DNA of 32,000 nt from Mycobacterium hainanense (GTDB lineage: Bacteria; Actinomycetota; Actinomycetes; Mycobacteriales; Mycobacteriaceae): NCBI RefSeq assembly GCF_041890355.1, contig NZ_CP169059.1, positions 3,679,933 through 3,711,932 on the forward strand. Reading direction: 5' to 3'. Position numbers and translations under genes: made by a program. The notes under the pieces are model-generated. The model did not search any database. It was not told the origin of the DNA and was given only the letters and a program-made list of their open reading frames with translations. Shown one piece after another: positions 18,497 to 28,297 of the stretch; position 1 is the stretch's first letter; every line of letters starts with the position of its first letter.

Positions 18497-19348
18497 ATGC
18501 AATTCGGTTTGTGCTATTTCCCGACGGACTACGGCATGCGGCCAGACGAACTCGCGGCAGCGAGCGAAGAACGCGGTTTCGAGTCGCTGCTGTTCTGCGA
18601 GCACACCCACATCCCGACCAGCAGGAAGTCGCCCTACCCCGGGGGCGGCGAATTGCCCAGGATGTACGTGCACACCTACGACCCGTTCGTCGCGTGCACC
18701 GCCGCAGCGGCGGCGACGAGCCGCTTGAAGATCGGCACCGGAGTGTGTCTGGTGGTGGAGCGGGACCCCATCACCACGGCCAAGGAAGTGGCCAGCGTCG
18801 ACCGCCTTTCGGCTGGGCGTTTCCTCTTCGGGGTCGGAGCGGGTTGGAACCGCGAAGAGATGGCCAACCACGGCACCGACCCTCGCGTCCGGATGTCCGT
18901 CATGCGCGAACGGGTCGAGGCGATGCGGCAGATCTGGACCAACGAGGAGGCGGAGTATCACGGCGAATTCGTCAACTTCGACCCGATCTGGTCCTATCCC
19001 AAGCCGGTCCAGTCGCCCCTGCCGGTACTGGTCGGCGGGATGGGCCCGACCGTGGAGGACCGCATCATCTCGTTCGGCGACGGTTGGCTGGCGCAGAACG
19101 TCACACGGGACAACGTGGACGAGTTCGCCGAGCGCGCGGCCCGATTGCAGCAGCGCGCAGCCGATGCGGGGCGGGGCCGGATTCCGATCAGCCTCTTCGC
19201 CGCATCGTCGGACGAGGACATGGCCGAAAAGTACGCGTCCGCCGGGATAGAACGCTGCCTGTTCCTGCTGCCCGACGGTGACGATTCGCGAGTCACCGGG
19301 GAGCTCGACAAGTTGGCCGAGCGAGTCTCGAGCGGGCAGAACGCCTAG
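18497..19348 (+). CDS. Luciferase-like (LLM-class) flavin/F420-dependent oxidoreductase
   Basis: Uses the ATG at 18497 (RBS GGGAGG) inside track ORF 18476..19348. The product reads [40 protein letters not shown]...[15 protein letters not shown]. Confidence 0.85.
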   Translation: MQFGLCYFPTDYGMRPDELAAASEERGFESLLFCEHTHIPTSRKSPYPGGGELPRMYVHTYDPFVACTAAAAATSRLKIGTGVCLVVERDPITTAKEVASVDRLSAGRFLFGVGAGWNREEMANHGTDPRVRMSVMRERVEAMRQIWTNEEAEYHGEFVNFDPIWSYPKPVQSPLPVLVGGMGPTVEDRIISFGDGWLAQNVTRDNVDEFAERAARLQQRAADAGRGRIPISLFAASSDEDMAEKYASAGIERCLFLLPDGDDSRVTGELDKLAERVSSGQNA

Positions 19349-19446
19349 GCCAACCGACTTCCAGCGCCCCGCCGTCCGGTCGAGGTCCGCCCGGCCCGGC
19401 TGCGGCGGCAACGACCCCGGCAGCAAATTGTCGGCAGAATGGGACC

Positions 19447-21147
<1,701 letters not shown>

Positions 21148-21176
21148 GGGTTACGCCATGCGTTGCAGCCCAACGG

Positions 21177-22448
21177 TTATCGCCGCGCCAGCCAGGCAAG
21201 CGCGGCGACCGTCATGGCTTGAGTCCCGGTGTCCAGGGTGGGCTGGATGACGGGTGCGAACGTCGGCGAATGGTTGACCGGGATGTCCTCGCTGACGCGG
21301 CCCGCCTCCACCGCCGTGCGGTAGGTGTCGGGATCGACGCCGCCGATACCCCAGTAGCAATAGGGCGTCTCGAGCGCCGTGGGAATGTCGCTGAAGTCCT
21401 CGCTCGCGGCCTGCAGCGGCAACTCGGATGATCGGTCGCCGAAGAATTCGTCGAACGCGGCGCGCACCCGCCCGGTGACCCCGGGATCGTTGACGGTCAC
21501 CGGGTAGTGGTCGAAAAGCTCGAAGTCGGGATCCATCGGCGATCCGGACGCCCGGCATTCGGCGGTCACGATGCGCCGGATCGCGTCCAGGACCCTGGTG
21601 CGGGTCTCCTCGCTGAAGGTGCGCAGGTTCAGTTCCAGCACCGCCCGGTCACCGATGATGTTGCTCTTGGTTCCCGCCTCGATCTTGCCGATGGTCAGCA
21701 CGGCGGAATCGGTTGGCGCGACCTCGCGGGAGACGACGGTCTGCAGCCGGATCACGATCATGGCCGCCAGGACCACCGGATCGACGGTGGCCTGCGGCGT
21801 CGAGCCATGCCCGCCGCGGCCATGCACGGTGATCCGCATGCTGTCCGCGGTAGAAAGGACGGGCCCGGATCGTGTGCCAACCTGACCGGCCGGCAAAGGC
21901 AGGACGTGCTGGGCGAGGGCGACGTCGACGCGGCCGACCAGCGTCGCGAGACCGTCGGCGAGCATGCCGCGTGCCCCGTCGCCGACCTCCTCGGCGGGCT
22001 GGAACACCGTGATCACGGTGCCCGTCCACTGGTCGTGGGCGGCCGCCAGCAGCGCGGCGGCTCCAAGCAGACACGCGACGTGAACGTCGTGGCCGCAGGC
22101 GTGCATCACCGGCACCCGGTTGCCGCCCGCATCGGTGGCGGTGGCCGTGCTGGCGTACGGGAGGCCGGTGTCTTCCCTGACGGGCAGCGCGTCCATGTCG
22201 GCCCGCAGCAACACGGCCGGGCCGTCGCCGTTGCGCAGAATCCCGACGACGCCCGTGCCGCCGATGCCCTCGTGCACGTCGTAGCCGAAGCCGCCCAGCC
22301 GCTCGGCCACGGCTGCCGCCGTGTCGCGCTCCTGGTGCGACAACTCGGGGTGTCGGTGCAGGTCGCGGTAGAAGCCCTCCTGCCAGTCACGGGCATCGCG
22401 CAGCCCCGCAAGCACCCGCGTGCGCATCGAATTAGTCGCTGTCCCCAT
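21177..22448 (-). CDS. M20-family amidohydrolase (N-acyl-amino-acid/hippurate hydrolase type)
   Basis: Track ORF of 423 aa, ...LHRHPELSHQE...LLRADMDALPV...VMHACGHDVH...VFQPAEE... An alternative ATG lies at 22427. The 22448 start overlaps the upstream gene's end by 17 nt. Confidence 0.88.
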   Translation of the reverse strand: MGTATNSMRTRVLAGLRDARDWQEGFYRDLHRHPELSHQERDTAAAVAERLGGFGYDVHEGIGGTGVVGILRNGDGPAVLLRADMDALPVREDTGLPYASTATATDAGGNRVPVMHACGHDVHVACLLGAAALLAAAHDQWTGTVITVFQPAEEVGDGARGMLADGLATLVGRVDVALAQHVLPLPAGQVGTRSGPVLSTADSMRITVHGRGGHGSTPQATVDPVVLAAMIVIRLQTVVSREVAPTDSAVLTIGKIEAGTKSNIIGDRAVLELNLRTFSEETRTRVLDAIRRIVTAECRASGSPMDPDFELFDHYPVTVNDPGVTGRVRAAFDEFFGDRSSELPLQAASEDFSDIPTALETPYCYWGIGGVDPDTYRTAVEAGRVSEDIPVNHSPTFAPVIQPTLDTGTQAMTVAALAWLARR

Positions 22449-23157
22449 CCTCGAAGCCCTCCTCCGCCTGGTTGGCCCCGGGCGCCGACCGGCGGGATCG
22501 ACCCCGATGCAAAATTGTCGCCGGCGACCAGGCGCCCACGGCGGGCAACATCCAGCCGCGCCACTGCGCGAGCCAGCACAACACCGTCCCGGTCAGTGCG
22601 CCCACCAGCAGCCCGGGGGTCGGATGATCGCGGTAGTCGAAGAGCACCAGCGCACCGCTCGCGGCGAGAGCACACGTGGCGTAAAGGGTGTTGCCACCGA
22701 AAATTCCCGGGACGCGACGCATCACGATGTCCCGCGTCGCTCCCCCGCCGACCGCCGAGATCGTGCCCAGCAGCAGCGCGGCCAACCAGCCGAGTCCCAC
22801 GGCGAGCGTCTTATACGCCCCGGTGGCCGCCCAGCATCCCAATGCCAGCGCGTCCACGACCGGCCATACCCAGTTCCACACCCGGCCCTCGACCCGGAAA
22901 GCGAACGCGAACGCCGCTCCGGCCAGGGCGGTCAACAGATAGGCGTAGTCGGTGAGCGCGACCGGTGTGCCGCGCTGCAGCAGAGTGTCCCGGATCATGC
23001 CGCCGCCCAGGCCCGACAACACGGCGAGGGCCGCGAAGCCAACGGGGTCCAGCTTCTCCTTGCGGGCGACCACGCCGCCCAGCAGGGCGTTGCCGAACAC
23101 GCCAGTCAGGTCGACCGCACGGAACAAGTCCGCCAATGTCAGGCCGGCGAGCGCCAC
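22432..23157 (-). CDS. TRIC/UPF0126-family membrane channel protein
   Basis: Part of track ORF 22432..23304(-). It has two copies of the signature GGGxxRD (GLGGGMIRD and AVGGGATRD) and 7 hydrophobic segments. I placed the start at GTG 23157 (GGAAGG upstream). A TTG at 23304 that overlaps the thioesterase stop is an alternative. Confidence 0.75.
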   Translation of the reverse strand: MALAGLTLADLFRAVDLTGVFGNALLGGVVARKEKLDPVGFAALAVLSGLGGGMIRDTLLQRGTPVALTDYAYLLTALAGAAFAFAFRVEGRVWNWVWPVVDALALGCWAATGAYKTLAVGLGWLAALLLGTISAVGGGATRDIVMRRVPGIFGGNTLYATCALAASGALVLFDYRDHPTPGLLVGALTGTVLCWLAQWRGWMLPAVGAWSPATILHRGRSRRSAPGANQAEEGFEDGDSD

Positions 23158-23300
23158 TACGAAACCCCTTCCGCCAAAAGCGCCCAGGTCAATGTCCCGG
23201 GTACCGACGCGAGAGGGCCGATGCGCGGGCGACTGCGACCGGCGGAAGGCGCAGTTCGCCAAAACGCCGGTGGTGCAACGTTTTTCGGTGCGGCATAGCG

Positions 23301-23924
23301 TCAAGGCTGTCCGGGCTTGAGCCGCACGAACAGGGCGTCGGCTTCGGTCAGCAGCGTGTCGCCGTCGGTCAGCCGGCCGGACACGAAGATCTTGCGCCCG
23401 TCCATCCTGTCGACCCCGGCGTCGAACTGCAACTCCTTCTCGATGGGCACGATGTTGCGGTAGTCGATCTTGAGGTAGGCGGTGCGCTGACGCCGGCTCC
23501 CGGTGAGAAGGACCGCCGTCAGGCCGAGCACGGTGTCGAACAACATGCCAAGCGAACCGCCGTGGACCGCGCCGTTGCGCCCCAGATGGAACCGGGCGAA
23601 CCGCGCCCAGCCGTGCACGCGGCCGTCGTCACCCTTGCGGGCCGACATGGGAATCGTCAGGACGTTGCCCCGCATCGGCAGGTCCATGCGGCGCCCCGAG
23701 GGCGACGCCCACTCGTCGGCGTCGTACGGGGCCAGCAGCGCCGACAACTTCTCCAGCTGATCCGCCGCTTCGGTGATGACCTCGTCGGGGGCGTCCACGG
23801 CCCGGGCGTGGTCCTGCAGCTTGCGCACGGCGTCGATGAACCGGCCGTAGTCGGGGCCGCCCTTGGTCGTCGGTTCGGGCGGGTTGAACCCGCCGCCAGG
23901 GTGCCTGGCCTGTCCGGTGCTCAC
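23301..23924 (-). CDS. Hotdog-fold (PaaI-like) thioesterase-family protein
   Basis: This is the 3' part of track ORF 23301..24686(-), starting at GTG 23924, which lies 20 nt after the AKR stop. The product reads ...HLGRNGAVHGGSLGMLFDTVLG...IDYRNIVPIEKEL... The 5' part of the track ORF overlaps the AKR gene in another frame and is Arg/Pro-rich noise. Confidence 0.75.
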   Translation of the reverse strand: MSTGQARHPGGGFNPPEPTTKGGPDYGRFIDAVRKLQDHARAVDAPDEVITEAADQLEKLSALLAPYDADEWASPSGRRMDLPMRGNVLTIPMSARKGDDGRVHGWARFARFHLGRNGAVHGGSLGMLFDTVLGLTAVLLTGSRRQRTAYLKIDYRNIVPIEKELQFDAGVDRMDGRKIFVSGRLTDGDTLLTEADALFVRLKPGQP

Positions 23925-23944
23925 CGGGACACCGTATCCGGCGG

Positions 23945-24844
23945 TCAGACCGTGTTCTGACCGCCGGCGGTCGACAGCGCCTCGAACTCCTCGTCGCTCA
24001 GCTCGATCTGGGCGGCGGCGACGTTCTCCTCCAGGTGCGCCGCCTTCGACGTGCCCGGGATCGGCAGCATCACCGGCGACCGTTTCAGCAGCCAGGCCAG
24101 CGCCAGTTGGGACGCGCTCGCGTGGTGCTCGGCGGCGATGCGCTGCAGCGGACCGTCGGGCGCGGCCAGCGGCCCGGCCGCCAGCGGGAACCACGGGATG
24201 AAGCCGATGCCCTGGCTGGTCGCGGCGTCCAGCAGCCGCTCGGCGCCGCGGGCGGACAGGTTGTACATGTTCTGCACCGAGACGATCTCGGTGATGCGCT
24301 GGGCTTCCGTGAGCTGATCGACGTTGACCTCGGACAGGCCGATGTGGCGGATCTTGCCCTCGTTCTTCAGCGTCAGCAACTCGCCCACCTGGTCGGCCAG
24401 CGGGAAGTCGCGGTCGATGCGGTGCAGTTGGAACAGGTCGATGGTGTCGACGCCGAGGCGGCGCAGGCTCATCTCGCATTCCTGCCGCAGGTAGCTCGGG
24501 TTGCCCAGCGGGATCCAGACGTCCGGCCCGGTGCGCAGCAGTCCCGCCTTGGTCGCGATGACCAGCCCGTCGTACGGGTGCAGCGCCTCGCGAATGATCT
24601 CCTCGGACACGTAGGGGCCATAGGAGTCGGCGGTGTCGATGAAGTTCACGCCGAGTTCGACGGCGCGCCGCAACACCCGGACGCATTCGTCGCGGTCGGC
24701 GGGCGGCCCCCAGACGCCCTTACCGGTCAGGCGCATGGCGCCGAAGCCGAGTCGGTTGACGGTCAGGTCGCCGCCGATGGTGAACGTTCCGGACGCTTGG
24801 CTTGTTGGTGCAACGCTTTCCGAGTTTTGTGCGGTCACTTTCAC
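23945..24844 (-). CDS. Aldo/keto reductase
   Basis: Track ORF of 299 aa, ...NRLGFGAMRLTGKGVWG...INFIDTADSYG...DLFQLHRID...IRHIGLSEV... Confidence 0.9.
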   Translation of the reverse strand: MKVTAQNSESVAPTSQASGTFTIGGDLTVNRLGFGAMRLTGKGVWGPPADRDECVRVLRRAVELGVNFIDTADSYGPYVSEEIIREALHPYDGLVIATKAGLLRTGPDVWIPLGNPSYLRQECEMSLRRLGVDTIDLFQLHRIDRDFPLADQVGELLTLKNEGKIRHIGLSEVNVDQLTEAQRITEIVSVQNMYNLSARGAERLLDAATSQGIGFIPWFPLAAGPLAAPDGPLQRIAAEHHASASQLALAWLLKRSPVMLPIPGTSKAAHLEENVAAAQIELSDEEFEALSTAGGQNTV

Positions 24845-24858
24845 GACCGTACGCGGAA

Positions 24859-25395
24859 ATGTCGACGCGGAGGGCGGCGTGGCAAGCTGGGCGGGTGGAC
24901 TTAGGAGCGCTCGAGGAACTTCCGTTGACGTACCCCGAGGTGGGGGCGACCGCGTCCGGCAAGTTGCCCGCGGGATACGGCCACCTGCACACGGAGAAAC
25001 AGATCGGCACCGGGCAGCAGCGCTTCGAGCGGGCCGCCGACGCCGTCATGCGCTGGGGCATGCAACACGGGGCCGGCCTGCGGGTGCAAGCGAGCTCCGA
25101 GGTTGCCGAGGTCGACACAGTTGTTTTGGTGCGCATGGGTTTTCTGCCCGCGCCGTGCCGGGTGGTGTACGTCATCGACGAGCCCGACATCCGCGGATTC
25201 GCCTACGGCACCTTGCCCGGACATCCGGAGTCCGGCGAGGAACGTTTCGTCGTCCGGCGTGATCCCGTCACCTCCGCGGTGTTCGCGGAGGTGACGGCGT
25301 TCTCGCGTCCCGCAACCTGGTGGAGCAAGGCCGCCAGGCCCGTGGTGTCGGTGGCTCAGCGCGTCATCGCCAAACGCTATCTGCGCGGCGTCTGA
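24859..25395 (+). CDS. DUF1990-like protein
   Basis: Lies inside track ORF 24802..25395. The product reads ...LPLTYPEVGATASGKLPAGYGHL...RFERAADAVMRWGMQHGAG... The start is either ATG 24859 or GTG 24895. Confidence 0.7.
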   Translation: MSTRRAAWQAGRVDLGALEELPLTYPEVGATASGKLPAGYGHLHTEKQIGTGQQRFERAADAVMRWGMQHGAGLRVQASSEVAEVDTVVLVRMGFLPAPCRVVYVIDEPDIRGFAYGTLPGHPESGEERFVVRRDPVTSAVFAEVTAFSRPATWWSKAARPVVSVAQRVIAKRYLRGV

Positions 25396-25443
25396 CCCGG
25401 CGGAGTCAGCGACGCCGGATGCTGCCGTTGTGCATGCCCGCTT

Positions 25444-25496
25444 GCCGAGCGTCACGCCAGCGTGGCGATGGGCGCCGAACGTCACGCCAGCGTGAC
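25444..25496. repeat. 53-bp composite intergenic repeat, copy 2
   Basis: Sequence GCCGAGCGTCACGCCAGCGTGGC-gatg-GGCGCCGAACGTCACGCCAGCGTGAC. Relative to 6818-6870, all four bases of the 4-nt spacer differ and there is one G/A change in the second unit. It is in the same orientation as copy 1. Confidence 0.85.
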
Positions 25497-25508
25497 GGCC
25501 GGACGGGG

Positions 25509-26450
25509 CTACGACCCCCAGGCCGTCAGCAAGCGCTCTGCGCCCGAACACATTTCGTCGATCACCTCGGCCACCGAGGCGTCATCCCGGATCATCCCGA
25601 CGCCCTGACCGGCGTCCACCGGGGCGACCCGACGGTCGTCGGCGACGATGGAGGCCGCGAGTTCGTCGCAGGCCTGCGGGTTGAGCGCGTCCTCCTTGCC
25701 GGTCCAGCGCTCGACGAAGTCGTTGGTCAGCACCCGCGACGGGAAACGCGCCGGCCACGGCCGGGCCTGGGCGACGTCGAAGGCCCGGGTGACCGCGGTG
25801 TCGGTGGCCCGGGCCGCGATCAGCGCGCGGCGGCTGCCGTCACCGGAGAGCGCCTCCGGACACGCGGCCAGGCGCGTGCCCACCCACGCCCCGCTCGCCC
25901 CGGCGGCCAGCACGGCGGCCAGGCTGCGCGCCGACGCCACGCCGCCACCGGCGAGGACCGGCACCGAGACGGCGTCCAACACGGTGTCCAGCAACGGCAG
26001 CGTCGCCAGCGTCGTCTCACCGTGCCCGCCGCCCTCCGAGCCGCGGGCCACCAGAATGTCGACGCCGGCGTCAGCCGCCTGGCGAGCCCCGAGGCCGTCG
26101 TACACCTGGGTGGCGGTGGGGATTCCGGCGTCGTGCGCCTTCTGGACCCACGACCAGTCGGTCCCGAAACTGACCGACAGCAATGCCGGACGCGCCGCCA
26201 GCGCATCCTCGAACAGGCCGGCCTGGGTGCGCATCACCCAATCGACCAAGCCGATGCCGAACTTCCCCCGCACGTGCTGCAGCTCGGACCGCAGCAGTTC
26301 TGGCGTCGCCGCGCTGCCCATGCCGACCATCCCCAGGCCCCCGGCGGCGGTGACCGCCGCGGCCAGCCGGCCCCCGGCAACCCCGCCCATGGGCGCGTTG
26401 ACGATCGGCGCCCGCAGCCCGAACTCCCTTGACCAGGGCGTGGAAAGCAT
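25509..26450 (-). CDS. Nitronate monooxygenase (NMO / 2-nitropropane dioxygenase family, FMN-dependent)
   Basis: Track ORF of 313 aa, ...GLRAPIVNAPMGGVAGG...DILVARGSEGGGHG...PVLAGGGVA... Confidence 0.88.
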   Translation of the reverse strand: MLSTPWSREFGLRAPIVNAPMGGVAGGRLAAAVTAAGGLGMVGMGSAATPELLRSELQHVRGKFGIGLVDWVMRTQAGLFEDALAARPALLSVSFGTDWSWVQKAHDAGIPTATQVYDGLGARQAADAGVDILVARGSEGGGHGETTLATLPLLDTVLDAVSVPVLAGGGVASARSLAAVLAAGASGAWVGTRLAACPEALSGDGSRRALIAARATDTAVTRAFDVAQARPWPARFPSRVLTNDFVERWTGKEDALNPQACDELAASIVADDRRVAPVDAGQGVGMIRDDASVAEVIDEMCSGAERLLTAWGS

Positions 26451-26454
26451 GCGG

Positions 26455-26814
26455 CTAGTGAGCCGAGGGCAGGGTCTTGAGCACGGTCAGCATGACCACC
26501 GAATCCTCGACCGCGTGCAGGGCGTGCCGTTCCGCCGGGATCGCGACGTAGTCGCCCGTTTTGCCTTCCCAGGCGTCACCATTGGTGGTCAGGCGCACGT
26601 GGCCCCGCAGCACCTGCAGCGTCGCCTCGCCGGGGCTGTCGTGTTCGGAAAGCTCATGGCCGCCAAGCAAAGCCAGCACGGTCTGCCGAAGTTCGTGGGT
26701 GTGGCCCCCGTGGATGGTGTGGGCCGCCCGGCCGCTGTGCGATTTGGTGGCCTCCGCCAGCTTTTCGGACGCGAGACTGGTCAACGAGATCGATTCCATA
26801 GCTGAGTCCTTCAT
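26455..26814 (-). CDS. Cupin-domain protein (Rv2619c-like)
   Basis: Track ORF of 119 aa with His-rich HTIHGGHTHE and a second motif GDYVAIPAERHALHAV. It lies 4 nt upstream of the NMO start. Confidence 0.8.
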   Translation of the reverse strand: MKDSAMESISLTSLASEKLAEATKSHSGRAAHTIHGGHTHELRQTVLALLGGHELSEHDSPGEATLQVLRGHVRLTTNGDAWEGKTGDYVAIPAERHALHAVEDSVVMLTVLKTLPSAH

Positions 26815-26830
26815 GGTCGAGCGGACGCGA

Positions 26831-27256
26831 TCACCCCGCCACTAGCAGTATCCCCGCCGCGACAAGCGCGGCCACCTTGACCACCTCGAAGCCGATGTAG
26901 ACGTAATGGGCCCGCGAGCGCGGCCCGTCGGACCCGGCGAGCACGCTGTCGGAGCGCCGCGTCAATCGGGGACGCACGGCGATCAGCTGCGTGGCCAGCG
27001 CTCCCACCGCGACGAACGTCGCCGCGGCGACACTCGCCGGCGCGGGGCCGGTGATGACGACCGCCACGAGCACGAGCGCGAAGCACACCTCGACGGTATT
27101 GAGGGCCCGAAACACCAGCCGCCCGATGCCAAGTCCGATCTGCAACGTCACATTCGGCGCACGGAACTTCAGCGGGGCTTCCAGGAACGAGATGGCCAGC
27201 ACCATGCCGAGCCACACGAAGGTGGCCGCGACGGCGACCGCGGGCCCGGTGCTCAC
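26831..27256 (-). CDS. Small 4-TM membrane protein (Rv2620c-like; possibly DUF4149)
   Basis: Uses the GTG at 27256 (GTGA overlap with the regulator's stop) inside track ORF 26831..27292(-). The 141-aa product has four hydrophobic segments. Confidence 0.7.
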   Translation of the reverse strand: MSTGPAVAVAATFVWLGMVLAISFLEAPLKFRAPNVTLQIGLGIGRLVFRALNTVEVCFALVLVAVVITGPAPASVAAATFVAVGALATQLIAVRPRLTRRSDSVLAGSDGPRSRAHYVYIGFEVVKVAALVAAGILLVAG

Positions 27257-27933
27257 TTGGCCGCCTTCTGCAGTTTCAGGTGCGCCAGGCACAGATCGGG
27301 CTCGACGAACGCCTCGAGCCGGTCGACCGTAATCGGCGCGCCCCAGCTCTCCATGGCGCCCTGCATCAGGCCGAGGTGCACGGGGCAGACGACGGTCGTC
27401 CGGTTCTCGGCCAGTTCCAGGAACGGGCAGTGCCGCAGGCCGACCTGTTGCTTCCCGTCGGCCGCCCGGCGTTCGGGCGCGAAGCCCAGTTCGTCGAGCA
27501 TGTTGACCAGGTGGTCGACGGCGTCGTCGACGGTGGTGGGGCTCGTCGGGACCGGCTGAAGGCTGGCATCGAGGTTTTTCCCCCAGGCCCGGCCCGCGGC
27601 CACCGCCTTGGCGCTGGCGTCCGGCTCGCCGGCGAACGCCGTGGCCAGCACCTCGGCGAGCAGTCGATAGTGCCGCGTGCCGCCGCGGTCCATCTGGCGG
27701 ACCGCCCGGAACATCAGCGGCGGGCGGCCCGGCCCCTTGCGGTCCAGCTCGACGTGCTCGACCTGCCCGTCGCCGACCAAGGTGTCCAGGTGGAATCGGA
27801 CGGTATTGGGGTGCACGCCCAGCAGGTCGGCGATCGCGGCGATGCTCATGGCGTCGGGTGACGCCCGCAACACCCGCAGCACCTCGCGGCGTCGGCCGGC
27901 GGACTCCCCGACCGACGTGGGCGGCACGTTCAC
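27253..27933 (-). CDS. ArsR-like winged-helix transcriptional regulator with C-terminal Cys/His domain (Rv2621c-like)
   Basis: Track ORF of 226 aa with a GTG start and RBS GGAAGGAG. The wHTH region is EVLRVLRASPDAMSIAAIADLLGVHPNTVRFHLDTLVGDGQVE. The C-terminal domain contains RHCPFLE...VVCPVHLG. Confidence 0.85.
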   Translation of the reverse strand: MNVPPTSVGESAGRRREVLRVLRASPDAMSIAAIADLLGVHPNTVRFHLDTLVGDGQVEHVELDRKGPGRPPLMFRAVRQMDRGGTRHYRLLAEVLATAFAGEPDASAKAVAAGRAWGKNLDASLQPVPTSPTTVDDAVDHLVNMLDELGFAPERRAADGKQQVGLRHCPFLELAENRTTVVCPVHLGLMQGAMESWGAPITVDRLEAFVEPDLCLAHLKLQKAAK

Positions 27934-27986
27934 GGGACCCTCACGCTCCTTCCGCTTGCTCGACCCCCGGGCGAGCGGCCATTAAA

Positions 27987-28000
27987 GGTGTGTCTACACC
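27987..28000. promoter_or_regulatory. Candidate operator palindrome upstream of the wHTH regulator operon
   Basis: GGTGT-GTCT-ACACC has 5-bp perfect arms. It lies 54-67 nt upstream of the regulator's GTG and directly abuts a TTTAAT -10-like hexamer on the minus strand. Confidence 0.3.
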
Positions 28001-28008
28001 GAGCGGAC

Positions 28009-28160
28009 CTAACTTGGCCGCCCCACCCGGTGACCCGAGGGGGCGTCGCGTCCCAGCAGCGTTTCGGTGAAGAACACTTCATTGTCGGCCAGGCGCGGTT
28101 TGAGCTCCCGGGAAGGTCGTCTTCGTAGTAGCCGGGGTCGACCGGGGACTCGTCCCACAT
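28009..28160 (-). pseudogene. Possible frameshifted gene remnant (family not recognised)
   Basis: Two consecutive minus-strand frames both show GC-rich third positions and protein-like sequence. They read MWDESPVDPGYYEDDLPG, then a +1 shift, then ELKPRLADNEVFFTETLLGRDAPSGH...stop. The segment sits in an otherwise non-coding 364-bp gap. Confidence 0.3.
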
Positions 28161-28297
28161 GCGCGGTCCGCCACGTCGATGCACGGTTACCCAACAGCAT
28201 TAGTAAGAACGAGGGAATCGCAGGCTCCGCCGGCATCGCAAGCAGCCGGCCGCCGTCGCCATCGTCGCCCCTGAGCCCTGCTGTCGAGCGCCGCGGC

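Noticed and set aside
23925-24686. The 5' two-thirds of the 461-aa track ORF 23301..24686(-).
   Set aside because: It overlaps the well-supported aldo/keto reductase gene in another frame and is Arg/Pro-rich. Only the part downstream of GTG 23924 looks like a real (hotdog-fold) protein.
24845-24858. An apparent 14-nt spacer between the divergent starts of the aldo/keto reductase (GTG 24844) and the DUF1990-like gene (ATG 24859), which would suggest leaderless or overlapping promoters.
   Set aside because: It depends entirely on start-codon choice. GTG 24895 for the DUF1990-like gene gives a 50-nt spacer. It is not decidable from sequence alone.
28145-28156. The DosR-like palindrome GGGAC-TC-GTCCC. 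A second partial match, GGGCCGTTGGACCC, lies at 29541-29554, upstream of the Rv2625c-like protease gene.
   Set aside because: The DosR consensus is GGGACT-WW-AGTCCC, with a 4-nt centre. The first site has a 2-nt centre and lies downstream of the gene. The second matches only about 12 of 20 consensus positions and is not palindromic. This is not enough to call a DosR box.
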